From positions 75,764,001 to 75,828,000 of the forward strand of contig CM060732.1 of assembly GCA_030704615.1 (NCBI GenBank): DNA of 64,000 nt, in the 5' to 3' direction. The notes below the pieces were generated by a model. It did no database searches. It was not told where the DNA came from and saw nothing but the letters and a program-made list of their open reading frames with translations. Numbering within the stretch: the first letter of the stretch is position 1; every line of letters begins with the position of its first letter. The DNA comes from Takakia lepidozioides (taxonomy: Eukaryota; Plantae; Bryophyta). A program made the position numbers and the translations under genes. Of the stretch, positions 31,422 through 43,185 are shown one piece after another.

Positions 31422-33925
31422 ATGGAGCTAGTGTCGTTGAAACAGCTGGTCCAGCGACTAAATGGGGGCCGCCTTCTGGGCCTGGATGTGGGCAGTCGCA
31501 ACATCGGTTTGGCAATCTCGGATCAGGAGTGCCGGGTTGCGTCCCCTCATAGGTGATTATGCTCATGTTTGGTGCACTGTTTCGGAAGTTTTGGAGTTGT
31601 TGAAAGTGTGTAGGCACCCAGTTACCGTCTGATCCCCACATCTTGCAGGGCAGTGGTTTCCACTCGGCTTGTAATGTCTCTTTCTGCAGTTCTGATGCTG
31701 GCTGTTGTTCGATGTACTAAAGTGAGGGAGGGTGTGCGTGCAGTGTGATCTACCGGAATCAATCTACAATGCTGAAAAACGTCAGCAAATTAGAAACCCT
31801 GGTACGTGTGTGTTCCTCGGATGTCTTGAACATGCGTTGGCTAACTTACTGCACGATTAGTTACCTTGAAAAGCTCATCTGGACACGGTGCGAAAACGTA
31901 TAGATGAGATTAATCATCTTGAGAACCGCAGCTCATCATGTCAAGTCAGCTCATTACTCGTTCGAAATGCAGAAAGAATAGAACCATCAACTTTGTGACT
32001 CCTGTGTTTGTCGTCCAACGGTGCTTTCTGTGGATTCAGTACAGTGTAAATCTGCAGAAATCAGGGTTTAAGGGTGCAAGTTGCAGCTATCTTGAAGTTT
32101 TTCTGCACATATTGCACCATGTTTAATCAGCCTATTACCAATTCTTTTATGTTGACCTGGATGATGGGGCTTGGCGGGGCTACAGATTCAGAAGCATTCC
32201 ATCACAGGAATGGTTGTAGGATATCCACTTGAGTTAACGGGATTCCAAGGCAAGCAGGTCTGCTTCTTTTTCTCATCTTTCTCTCTCTGTCCTCCCTGCA
32301 CACAACACAGAGTCATGGGCAGAAGCCTTCCTCACATGTCATTTCTGTGGTAAACGCAGGGCTATAAAACTAAAATCAAAAACCCCACAACCGGGCTGTT
32401 GAGCTTGCATGTGGACAAGTGCCTCTGGGAGGCCCCTTAGTTGCAGGAATATAAGTTTGTACCTGCAGCTGAGCTGCACGGATAAGCTAAACCCTGGTGG
32501 CAAAACCTACAGGAGGCTCCGGGAGGGTTAGTTTCCCGCAGTGTCAATGGCGGTAAGCCATTGTGGCAGGGAACGGCATCCACCAGTTGGACAATGTTTG
32601 GGTGACCTTGCTGGGTGGAACGCAACTTAATCTCATGTTTTCACTGGAGGACTATAGTAGCAGTGCTGGACTCAACCTCATACCTTCGGGTATGAAGTGA
32701 ATGCTAGTGTGTACATTAAACAACTGTCCACTTGTTATAACTGGATTGTCATTGGGTGCTGATGGCACTATCACAAAGTTCCGGTTGGGTCTCATGTAGG
32801 CCAGAAACTCCACGACAGGCTCTAGGAAGGTTGGTATGTTGCAGGAAAACTGACTATGCCCTCGAGGTCATGTCATAGCTAATTTTGCAAAGAGACTCTC
32901 TGTCTCTATCTCTCGCTTTCTCTCTCCTGTGCCGACTGTCTGTCTCTGTCCCCACCAGCTTATCTACCCAAGTGGTTACCTATCTGGCTCTATCCAGTGC
33001 ATGTGAATGAAGAAGATGACCTTGACAGTCATTCCTTACATGCAAATGTAACCAGTCAAATTGTGTCACACTCTTTGTGCAATAGGTGGATTTCCCACTA
33101 TCCTGTCAGGTATCCCAACAACACAAGCAATGGCCCTGGAATGATAGAGCTACGAGGTGTTCCCAATTCTCTGTCAGCTATAGTTCTCTCGTTTCCTCGG
33201 TTGTAATTGTGTGCATGGTCTATTGTATGGAAATTGACAGGGGGCACAAGTCAAGATGTTTGTGAGAGAGCTCGAACTGAGCGGTCGTTTTCCAAGCCTT
33301 CCTTATGTCTACTGGGACGAGCGACTCACCTCTGTGGTAGCTCTTGATCTTTCTTGTTTTGTCTGTTCCACGTTGTTTGAAGGAGGGTAGTCTAAACAAT
33401 CACAACTGTTGAACCTGATGTTTTACAAACAATAAAAAGAGCCTGCCTGCCAGGAGTTGATGCTGGAAGTTCTTTCTGTAAGTCTGGCATCCCTGCTCCT
33501 TCAGCCATCCCTGCCTCAGCAGCAAGCTGCATGACTCCTGGCTTGAAACTAGTTGAAGTGATTGTGTTTTTCACCATACACTTGTGTGGATTTGTGGTGA
33601 GCTGAATTTAAATTGGCGTCTTATGTGCACACAGGCAGTTGCAAATGTAATAGGATCTATGGATATAGTCGGCCGTCGGAGAAAGAATATAATTGACAAA
33701 ATGTCAGCACTCTGCATCCTGCAGGTATGGCATACTCTCCTTCTGTATCATCTGGGCCAAAACTTTTAGCTCATGGAGCTTTTGTAACAGAATTCTATGG
33801 ACCCGTAGTCTACAGGCTGGCAACATTGTGCTCAACTCCATAATCTCACAGGTGGTGTGGTTTTTGTGCTACAGGGGTGCTTGGATAGTCTTTCGCGGCT
33901 TGAAAATGGCACCAACAGCTGCTAG
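31422..33925 (+). CDS. YqgF/RuvX-family RNase H-fold nuclease (putative pre-16S rRNA nuclease / Holliday-junction-resolvase-like), 6 exons: 31422-31552, 31744-31801, 32186-32257, 33241-33336, 33635-33724, 33875-33925
   Basis: RLLGLDVGSRNIGLAISD, VVGYP, WDERLTS, IDKMSALCILQ motifs; in-frame GT-AG junctions (~165 aa). Not captured intact by the ORF track. Confidence 0.88.
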
Positions 33926-34848
33926 GGATTGCAGTTCCAAGAATATCTGTCGATTTTCTGCCAACTGTGTGATTCATCTCTGCCGCGAGGTGAAGATAGC
34001 CCACATGTCAAAGCTTTTTCATGACTCATTTTGTAGGCTTCCTATATAACGGAATTGGGTCAGGTTGCCCAGCACTGGGTTGACCAACACAGTCCCCAAC
34101 TGTTTAAAATCCACTTCAATTCAGCAGCTTTAACTTCATCACCACTTGTCACCAAAGAGGAAGGCCTGCCTCAATGCGTTCATGTGCGCATAACAAGGAT
34201 CTTCAACATCTCACTTGAGTTTGATCAATGAAGCGGCACTCTGCCACAAAAGTCCATAATGAAAAGATGATGCTAAATTAGTAGGCTTACTTTCCATGGG
34301 TGCTGTTCAAAAACCTCTACACTGCAAATTGATTGATAAGATGTCAACCCCATCTTTAGTGTATTCATGCAAGCAACTATCTTGTTTTTTTCTTGTTTTT
34401 TTCCTTCTTTGGAAACATCACCCCCGGACCAACTGGTTACGAAACTAATCGCAAATACCCATAGGACACAGTAGCAGAATTTGAACCCTGAACTACCAGA
34501 GTAGCACACATTTTTTTATCTTATTATCAGAGCTGATGCATGTATATTGGTTATAATAGCAAGCACAAGCTTTGTTAATGGTTGAGGCTACGAATGGATG
34601 TATGTTATGTCTAAACTTGACGTGACGGATGAAAGAACTATCGAATGAAAACCACAATGAAGAGCCCATGAGTTTAGCAAGTGGTCCTTCTAGTGTCTTT
34701 TTCGAAACTGCATGTTTGATTGTTTTTATTTATTTATTTAAAACAGGGAGAAAAAAAAAAAAACAAGGGACAGTGGCCCTGTTATGTCTACTATTGGTAA
34801 TTGGATGATAAGCTGTGCATTCTCAAATACCATGTATATACGTATATA

Positions 34849-35347
34849 CCGTAGTGGGATAGCCGATTAGGCAGAAATTAATTCGAAAAAAAAGTGCCTA
34901 ATCAAAATAAATTATTTTTGACAAGAGTGCCTAATTTAAAAATATATCTTCAAAGAGTGCCTAATTCTCAAAATTTTCTCTAAAAGTACCTATAGTATAG
35001 AAAATTGAATGTAAATTAGAAAACAAATCTAAAAATGACATCCATTTAGAATGATATTCATTTAAAACGTCATCCATGGACTCAGTTTTCATTTATCATC
35101 CACGGCAGCGGCTGAGTTTTCATTTAAAACGTCATCCATGGCCTCAGTTTTCAATTTTCATCCATGGCAGCGGCTGTATTTTTATATTTTTGTGTTTTCA
35201 TTTTGTGATCATTATTTTTAGTTGCCTAATCTGAAAAACTTACACAAAGATGCCTAATTTACATTGTTTTCTCAAAAGTGCCTAATAACTGCCAAAAATA
35301 ATTATTACCTGGCAGGCAAGTGCCTAAAACCGGCTATCCCACTACAG
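34849..35347. mobile_element. 499-bp MITE with 17-bp TIRs inserted in a TA run (Tc1/mariner-type target site)
   Basis: Left ccgtagtgggatagccg; right cggctatcccactacag (1 mismatch); TATATA on both sides; AT-rich interior with many (g)tgcctaat motifs and a ~60-bp internal duplication. Confidence 0.82.
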
Positions 35348-35418
35348 TATATATATCCGTGGACGGCAGCTAATTTGTCTGGAAGGCGGTGTGATGGTCG
35401 GTCAGCACCGGGAGCTTT

Positions 35419-35595
35419 CTAGGGTTTAGTGCATTTCTTGCACTGCTGCGTGGGCAGGAGCGAGAGAGAGAGAGAGACGCCGGAGGTAGGGTTTGATTTT
35501 GCAGGAGTGTGTGAGAGAGAGAGGGGGTAGGGTTTGGTTTGGCAGGAGTGAGAGAGAGAGAGAGAGAGACGGAGGTAGGGTTTGATTGTGCAGAT
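35419..35595 (+). promoter_or_regulatory. Triplicated (GA)n + telo-box (TAGGGTTT) module in the STA1 leader
   Basis: Three gcaggag..(ga)n..ggtagggttt units plus a fourth tagggttt at ~35419. Confidence 0.65.
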
Positions 35596-35635
35596 TGCGT
35601 GGTGTTTGCGGAGGCTTGCAAGTGAGTGTGAGGCC

Positions 35636-38600
35636 ATGCAGGTGTTTGTGAGGAATTTGACGGGGCACACACTATGTGTGTCTCTCCCTGGCTGCTCAGC
35701 GACCGTGGAGACTCTGAAGACGGTGATTGAAGAACGGGAAGGGATTCCCTCGAGTCACCAGCTGCTCTTGTACCGCAGTAGGAATTTGAGTGAGAGTTTG
35801 TTGTCTCTTGAAGATTATGGGGTGGAATCCGGGTGTACGTTGCAGCTGGTGGGGCGTCTGCTGGGAGGCATGCAGGCCCCCGTGATGCCAAAGCCGCGCT
35901 TGGATTTCCTGAACACCAGGCCTCCTGCCAATTATGTGGCTGGTCTCGGGCGAGGGGCCACGGGATTCACAACGCGTTCGGATATTGGGCCAGCCAGGGC
36001 AGCCCCAGACCTGCCGGACAGGACTGCAACTACTATTGGTGGAGCTGCAGCGGCTACTGGAGGGGCGGGTAGAGGGAGAGGGAAAGGGGGAGGCGAGGAG
36101 GAGGAGGAGGAGGAGGCTGAGAAAGGCTACGATGAGAATCAGAAGTTTGATGAGTTTGAGGGCAATGATGTTGGCCTGTTTGCGACGGGCGAATATGATG
36201 AGGATGATAAGGAGGCTGATGCAGTTTGGGAGAGTATTGATAAACGGATGGACTCCAGACGCAAGGATAGGCGAGAGGCTCTGCTCAAGAAGGAAATTGA
36301 AAAGTACCGGGCTTCAAACCCAAAAATTACAGAACAGTTTGCGGATTTGAAGAGGAAGCTGGTCTCTCTATCTGCTTCTGAGTGGGAGAGCATTCCTGAA
36401 GTCGGTGATCACTCTCTTAGGAACAAGAAGAAGCGGTTTGAGAGCTACATCCCCGTGCCCGACACTTTGTTGGAGCGAGCAAAGCAAGAAAAGGAACACG
36501 TAACTGCCCTAGATCCTCGGAGTAGGGCTGCGGGTGTTGAGACCCCATATGGGCAGACCCCAGTGACAGATTTAACTGCAGTAGGTGAGGGCAGAGGCAC
36601 AGTACTGTCGTTGAAACTCGACCGTCTTTCTGATTCTGTTAGTGGTCTGACTGTGGTGGACCCCAAGGGTTATCTCACCGATCTTAAGAGCATGAAAATT
36701 AACAGTGATGCAGAAATCTCAGATATAAAAAAGGCGCGTCTGCTGCTCAGGTCTGTCATCCAAACTAATCCGAAGCATGCACCAGGCTGGATTGCCGCAG
36801 CTCGGCTGGAGGAGGTGGCCGGTAAGATTCAAGCGGCCAGATCTTTCATTCAGCAAGGGTGTGAAGAATGTTCCATGAATGAGGATGTGTGGGTGGAAGC
36901 TTGCCGCCTGGCTACACCTGACAGTGCAAAAGCTGTGTTGGCCAAGGGTGTGAAGGCTATACCAAATTCGGTGAAGCTGTGGATACAGGCGTCGAAGCTG
37001 GAGCCGGATGATGTCAGCAAGAGTCTGGTGTTGAGGAAGGCGTTGAACTACATTCCAGACTCAGTGCGATTGTGGAGGGAATTGGTGGAAAAGTCCAACG
37101 AGGAGGATGCTCGTATCCTTCTGTCCCGAGCAGTTGAATGTTGCCCTTTGCACGTGGAGCTGTGGCTAGCCCTGGCACGCCTCGAGACTTATGAGAATGC
37201 CAAGAAGGTGCTGAACAAGGCACGCGAAACACTTCCAACAGAACCCACAATTTGGATAACAGCAGCCAAGCTGGAAGAGGCGAATGGAAATACTGTGATG
37301 GTGGGCCGTATCATTGACAGAGCCATAAGGGCTCTCCAAAGAGATGGAGTTGTGGTAGATAGAGAGGCTTGGATGAAGGAGGCGGAGGCTGCGGAGAGAG
37401 CCGGTTCAGTGGCAACATGTCAAGCAATAATAAATACTACAATTGGGATAGGAGTGGATGATGAGGATAGAAAACGGACATGGGTAGCAGATGCTGACGA
37501 GGCTAAGAAGCGGGGCTCTGTGGAGACCGCCAGAGCAATATATGCCCATGCATTAACTGTGTTTCCAGGCAAGAAGAGCGTGTGGTTACGGGCAGCTCAG
37601 CTTGAAAAGAGTCATGGAACAAGGGGCTCTCTGGACTCTATGTTGAAAAAGGCAGTGGGATACTGTCCGCAGGCAGAGGTGCTATGGTTGATGGGTGCCA
37701 AGGAGAAATGGCTGGCTGGTGATGTGCCTTCTGCACGTGCCATTTTGAGGGAAGCATATGATGCCATCCCTGACTCAGAGGAGATTTGGCTGGCTGCCTT
37801 TAAACTCGAGTTTGAGAATAACGAGCCAGAGCGAGCAAGAATGCTGCTTGCAAAGGCACGAGAAAGGGGAGGCACTGAGCGGGTATGGATGAAATCGGCA
37901 ATTGTGGAGCGAGAATTGGGCAATGTAAGCAAGGAGAAGGAGTTGCTGGACGAGGGGCTTCACCGCTTCCCTCAGTTCCCCAAACTGTGGTTGATGCGGG
38001 GGCAGCTGGAAGAGCGGGTTGAGAACCTAATCATGGCACGAGATGTGTACGAGAGAGCATTACGCAGCTGTCCGCACAGTGCCCCACTCTGGCTCAGTGC
38101 GGCGCAGCTGGAGGAAAAGATGGGGGGTTTGAGTAAAGCAAGAGCAGTGCTGACAAAAGCTAGGCTGAAGAATGGAGCAATTCCAGAGCTATGGTTGGCT
38201 GCTATTCGCGCTGAGGCTCGAGCAGGAAACAAGAAGGAGGCGGAGACTCTGATGGCCAAGGCGCTTCAGGATTGTCCAACAAGCGGCCGTCTTTTGGCAG
38301 AGGCTGTTGACATGGCTCCTCGCCCGCAGCGTAAGAGCAAGAGTTTTGATGCTCTTAAGCGCTGTGGTCATGACTCCTTTGTTATTGCTTCCGTGGCAAA
38401 GCTCTTCTGGCATGATCGTAAGGTGGACAAAGCCCGTGATTGGCTGAATCGGGCCGTGACCTTGACACCAGATATAGGTGATTTCTGGGGACAATTGTAC
38501 AAGTTTGAATTACAGCACGGCACCGAGGAGCTGCAGCAAGAGGTTGTGCAGCGCTGTGTGGCCGCCGAACCTCGACATGGTGAATCCTGGACACGTGTGT

Positions 38601-38689
38601 CAAAGGCCGTGGAGAATGCCCACCTGTCCACTGAGGCCATTCTGAGGAAGCTGGTGGTTGCTCTTGGCAAGGAGGAAGGCGATGCCTGA
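35636..38689 (+). CDS. STA1: Pre-mRNA splicing factor PRP6 / STABILIZED1: ubiquitin-like N-terminus, PRP6_N domain and HAT/TPR repeats; intronless, 1017 aa
   Basis: [10 protein letters not shown]...LVGRLLGG ubiquitin-like domain, [39 protein letters not shown] repeats. Confidence 0.96.
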   Translation: MQVFVRNLTGHTLCVSLPGCSATVETLKTVIEEREGIPSSHQLLLYRSRNLSESLLSLEDYGVESGCTLQLVGRLLGGMQAPVMPKPRLDFLNTRPPANYVAGLGRGATGFTTRSDIGPARAAPDLPDRTATTIGGAAAATGGAGRGRGKGGGEEEEEEEAEKGYDENQKFDEFEGNDVGLFATGEYDEDDKEADAVWESIDKRMDSRRKDRREALLKKEIEKYRASNPKITEQFADLKRKLVSLSASEWESIPEVGDHSLRNKKKRFESYIPVPDTLLERAKQEKEHVTALDPRSRAAGVETPYGQTPVTDLTAVGEGRGTVLSLKLDRLSDSVSGLTVVDPKGYLTDLKSMKINSDAEISDIKKARLLLRSVIQTNPKHAPGWIAAARLEEVAGKIQAARSFIQQGCEECSMNEDVWVEACRLATPDSAKAVLAKGVKAIPNSVKLWIQASKLEPDDVSKSLVLRKALNYIPDSVRLWRELVEKSNEEDARILLSRAVECCPLHVELWLALARLETYENAKKVLNKARETLPTEPTIWITAAKLEEANGNTVMVGRIIDRAIRALQRDGVVVDREAWMKEAEAAERAGSVATCQAIINTTIGIGVDDEDRKRTWVADADEAKKRGSVETARAIYAHALTVFPGKKSVWLRAAQLEKSHGTRGSLDSMLKKAVGYCPQAEVLWLMGAKEKWLAGDVPSARAILREAYDAIPDSEEIWLAAFKLEFENNEPERARMLLAKARERGGTERVWMKSAIVERELGNVSKEKELLDEGLHRFPQFPKLWLMRGQLEERVENLIMARDVYERALRSCPHSAPLWLSAAQLEEKMGGLSKARAVLTKARLKNGAIPELWLAAIRAEARAGNKKEAETLMAKALQDCPTSGRLLAEAVDMAPRPQRKSKSFDALKRCGHDSFVIASVAKLFWHDRKVDKARDWLNRAVTLTPDIGDFWGQLYKFELQHGTEELQQEVVQRCVAAEPRHGESWTRVSKAVENAHLSTEAILRKLVVALGKEEGDA

Positions 38690-39007
38690 GAGGGCTGGTG
38701 CAATGCAGGGCTCCAGGGCATCTCTCGCTATCCCTACTTGCCTTGTGGGTGATGGCTAGATATCATGTAGGTATTCAAATGCTTCACTGTCTAAGGCCTG
38801 GTAGTAGAGCCAGTTGTTTAAACCTTCAGGAGCAAGGTGGTGTCTGACTGTAATGAGCCTCTTAGGGTTTACGGGTCTCCTTACTCAATTTGCCTCCAAA
38901 GCAAAAGCTGACAAGATGACTTGGTGCAAGACAACTCCCATATCACTTCCCACTTTTTAGTTTTTCTTTTGTATTTTCTAGATCTTGGTCGACCCCTTAT
39001 GTTGGAT

Positions 39008-39211
39008 CGTTTTGTGAACCTTTTGTCAAATATTAATGACAGGTTGTTCTCATTTTTGCAGCCAGCATCATTGGTGTCTGTGCAGTCTGATGGTCAAGAG
39101 GATGGCCACCGTTTTGTGAACCTTTTGTCAAATCCTAATGACAGGTGTTCTCATTTTTGCAGCCAGCATCATTGGTGTCTGTGCAGTCTGATGGTCCAAG
39201 AGGATGGCCAC
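39008..39211. repeat. Tandem duplication of a ~102-bp unit downstream of STA1
   Basis: cgttttgtgaaccttttgtcaaat...gaggatggccac occurs twice, nearly identical. Confidence 0.9.
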
Positions 39212-41599
39212 CTGGAAATGGAGCGGTTCTTAGGGATGGGTTGGTGCGACATCTGTTCTCCTGCTCTCCTCTTTCCTAATTCCCTTTTTCCAATGGTGCC
39301 CACTTGTAACTATCTAGCACTTAAGTTGGGGTGGACAACCCCACCCAAAGTCTAGGCACAAAACCGAGGAGAAAGATCATGGCATCACTACCCAAAGAAA
39401 TCGATGGAACACGAACGGAAGACTCTCTCAGCTTGGACTGTAGCTATGACCAGGCATCATTGCAAAGCTGGTGTGATTCTAATAATATCTCCACCACATA
39501 AGAGAAATCTTCCCTGGTCCCTACCAACTTACCCTGGAATGTACTATCCAAATCGAATTGGGTAGCACCCCATTTTCAAAGAGAGTTTGTGAAAGTTCGT
39601 GCCTATGAGAAGTTTGTGGGCCCAGATTGAGGGCCTTACAACTCCACCTGCCCTAGCTTTTTTTGGCCAAAAGGGAAGTTATGGTTCCTGCACCGCCTAC
39701 TAAAAATGCTGTTAAGGCAATGGGTGCCTGCCCTGGGAATAACCATTCGCGTAAACGCGGTGGATGAACAGAAGATTGCTGAGTAATTAGAGGATGAGAA
39801 GGAGGGGAGCCCAGAGATAGATTGATATTTTAGATCAACGTTCCCAACTAGGTAAGAAACCATGGGACCCCGGCGGCGGCTGCCATTTCGACGAACATTC
39901 AGATATGCCGAAGATCCAAGAGGATGAAATCTGCACATAGACATCCCTTGTAGATCACTCCCAAGCCCTTACCCCCAAATTTTTTAAATGTAGGGATAGG
40001 TGGGGTGCCAAGTGCTATGTAGCTCTCATGTTACATGTAGAAAATTTGAGGGGAAGTGTAAAGTTTTTAGGGGGGTGGTATCGCGGGAGCCCAACCACGG
40101 TCATGGGAGTTTTATGTTTTTTAACCTCGGTCATAGGAGTTATATCTTTTCAAAGCGGAATAAAACCATAAGCGAGTATAGAGGACTCGTGCATTTACGC
40201 GGTACATCTGCGCCAATTCAACGAGGCGAAACCTTCAGTAGCCTAGCCAAAAACCCTAAACCTATAACAGCGGTGGCGGGTTTTGCATTGAGAAATATTT
40301 GGTGATATGGGCAAAAACCTAAGCAGCGGTGGTTTCACTTTGAGAAACCCTAAGTGGTATACCCTTGATCGCTCTAACAATGCTCGGAAAAATGTTTCCA
40401 AAGAACGATAAACAAAGAGCAATGGGGAAGATGATGCTCATTAAATCCTAGAAAAAGTCTTCCAACAGTTATTAGAGATAGAGTTCAGTGCAGTTTATGT
40501 GGATACGGCAATGAGAAAAAGTGCAAGATCTGTTGTTGGGCTCAATTGCAAAATGTGATGGCGGAAGATCAAAGGTAGCAGCCTAATCCACAAGCTCCGG
40601 TGAGAGTCATCTCATTTTCGTGTACAGGCGCTGTCAAGTCTTTCTCATGCTTCGTCAAGAGGATATCGCATAACATTATGTCAGAAGATTAGTAAAGTGA
40701 AGAAGTGAGATCACAGAAGGCTTTCACATTCTCCAACCCACCCTCTAAAACCTCACAATCATCTTACGATAATTGCTATACATTGGCAAGTTTCGTGGTT
40801 TGATGCCCAATATTACACAACACGGCTTTGCTTGACATAAGGTATGAGGGCTAGTCTGAGTTTTTGAATTTATTCATGTGTGAGCGTCTGGGTTTTTAAG
40901 ATCAGGATGGTGATCTCCTTCATCTGTTGCTCATCTTTGACAATAGCTCTAGCAAGAATATTGTACAGACTTTGACACTGAAGAGCCCAGTGAAATCAGT
41001 TGAGTGGTTGCTGAAAACATTTCCACAAGCGTTGGGCTATGCTGACAGTGCAAGGACCATTGCAGGTGTGATGTGGGCTCTAGCCTCACATTAGAACTCC
41101 TGATTAAGGCTTTCACAGCTATTATCTTATGTGTTGATATTGTCTAACTAAGAACACAATTATTCACTCTATTATCACAAAAGACACCACTCCCACAAAA
41201 TACTCGAGGTTTAAGTTTGTGGTTAGAGCTATCCGTGTCATTGGAAACGGCGATCTCTGAAAGAAAACTGTGGTCTTCAATTGGTCATTGTGGAAGGTTC
41301 AGATTGCCAGTGGTGCCCATGCCCCAAACCGAGCTGCCCATGTTCTGCCCACCCGCATCGTTGTGCCATCATCTGCATTCAACCCCCGTGTCTTTACATT
41401 ATTAAACATCGCAGGCAGCTAATATCAACTCTACCTAATGTTAACTTCCACCTAGGAAATTTGAATAGCTATAAGTGTTAATCTTATCAAGTAATTGAAT
41501 GATATGCTCCGGCTCTTAATTCCCAGCCCTTTTCCCTGCACGAACATGACAGCTCGTTAAGGGTTAGGGTTTCAAATCCTTCAATTTAAATTCTTCCAT

Positions 41600-43185
41600 G
41601 CTCAATATGGTTCAAAAGCATGTTATTTGAATCAATATGGAGGCATATGAACTGAGGGATTTGAACTACTTCACCGTAACAAAAGAGTTTCTCAACATGA
41701 AACTCTTGTCTGACGGTGTTTGTGCTAAAAAACCTACATGCACTTGAACCAATATGGATGGGTATTAATTGAGGGATTTGAACAAAACTTACATGCTTTT
41801 GAACAAATATGGAGGGATATGAATTGAGGAATTTGAACTGCTTCGCCATAAGAAAAGAGTTTCTCAACACAAAGCTTTTGTCTGACAGTGTTTGTATTCA
41901 AAAACTTGCACTAACATTGTCAAACAAGATCTTCGTGTTGAGAAACTCTTTTGCTACGGCGAAGCAGTTCAAATCCCTCAGTTCATATCCTTCCATATTG
42001 GTTCAAAAGGGGGAATGCTAGAACGTGAGTCTATGAGCATGGGCAGGCTCACGTTTCAGCACGCGATTTCTCGGGCCCATAACAGCAGATTGGCCTATTA
42101 CCGCGGACAAACGTCAATTTCGCGAACATGTGCATATTTTGACAGGGAGACCCTGGATTTTTCCAGTAACAGTGCATTGAAATATGACCTAAACATAGCA
42201 CTCCAGCAGGTAGTGGTATCCAAGGTCGTCAACGATTGTAGTTCCTCGTACCTACAAATACTATAACCTGTTGGCCTAGGTTTTTTTTTTTGTTTTTTGG
42301 TTGTCTTATATATGTCCATTTGCCTCGATCGTTCACGATTGTGGATGGCCTCGTGCACCTAAAAAAAAACTTAGGTCAAATCCACGATCATTAATGATCG
42401 AGGCAAATGGACATATGTAATGCCAAAATTAATTTCCCTTATAAACGTCCATTTGTCTCGATCGTTAACGATCTCATACAGCTAAGCCCCCTCCACCACC
42501 CAAAAAAACAAAACAAAATATTTTTATTTATTTATTTTTAACCTTATATACGTCCATTTGTCTTGATCTTGAACAATTGTGGATTTGGCCTCATGCAACC
42601 AAGGGTTTTTTTTTTTTTTTTTTTTTGGTTGGCCTTATATACATCCATTTGCCTCCATCGTGAACGATCATGAATTTGGCCTCACGCAACTCAGGCCAAA
42701 AAAAAAAAAACCCCTTAGCCAACTGTAGGTGTAGGTGTTGAGAACCATGATCATTGATCATGGTAGCACTACATTCTGTTCATATGTGTGTGTACTGATA
42801 GTGGAAAAAATAAGAGTTTCCTTGTCTACAACCTTTATGTCAGTTAGACAAATATCTGATTTTCCGCGATATTAGGTCTTTTTTCGCCTGACCTGGGGTA
42901 TAGGCCCTCTTTCTTTGAACTACCACCGTGCTCACAGGGCTAGGCTCACGCCCTAGCTGCGGTGGTTCAAAAGCATGCAGATTTTTGAACAAAAACACTA
43001 TCAGAAAAGAGTTTCGTGTTGAGAAGTTATTTTGTTACGGCGAAGCAGTTCAAAAGCATACAGGTTTTTAAACACAAAAATTGTCAAACTAGAGTTTCGT
43101 GTTGAGAAACTCTTTGTTACGGCGAAGCTTTTCAAATCCTCAGTTTATATCCCTCTATATTGGTTCAGAAGTATGTATGTTTTTT
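41600..43185. repeat. Foldback-like complex of a ~110-120 bp unit in direct and inverted orientation, interrupted by a MULE-like insertion
   Basis: Unit gtgttgagaaactcttttg.tacggcgaagcagttcaaatccctcagttcatatcc.tccatattggttcaaaag occurs reversed at ~41615-41900 and forward at ~41910-42009 and ~42965-43175. Confidence 0.75.
42010..42962. mobile_element. Non-autonomous Mutator-like (MULE) element, 953 bp
   Basis: 11-bp TSD tggttcaaaag at 41999-42009 and 42963-42973; ~200-bp degenerate TIRs; internal repeats tccatttgcctcgatcg separated by A/T runs. Confidence 0.68.

Noticed and set aside
32355-32640. GC-rich intronic segment faintly similar to 19290-19520
   Set aside because: The similarity is too weak to define a family or its boundaries by eye; an alignment is needed.
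31422-33925. YqgF RNase H/RuvC-like fold as a transposase or RNA-guided nuclease
   Set aside because: It is a short, intron-containing standalone gene with typical YqgF motifs and no TIRs or guide locus.
39300-41500. Coding-like remnants and a possible Mutator TIR downstream of STA1
   Set aside because: Probably old transposon debris, but I could not find paired termini, a TSD or a recognisable protein motif.
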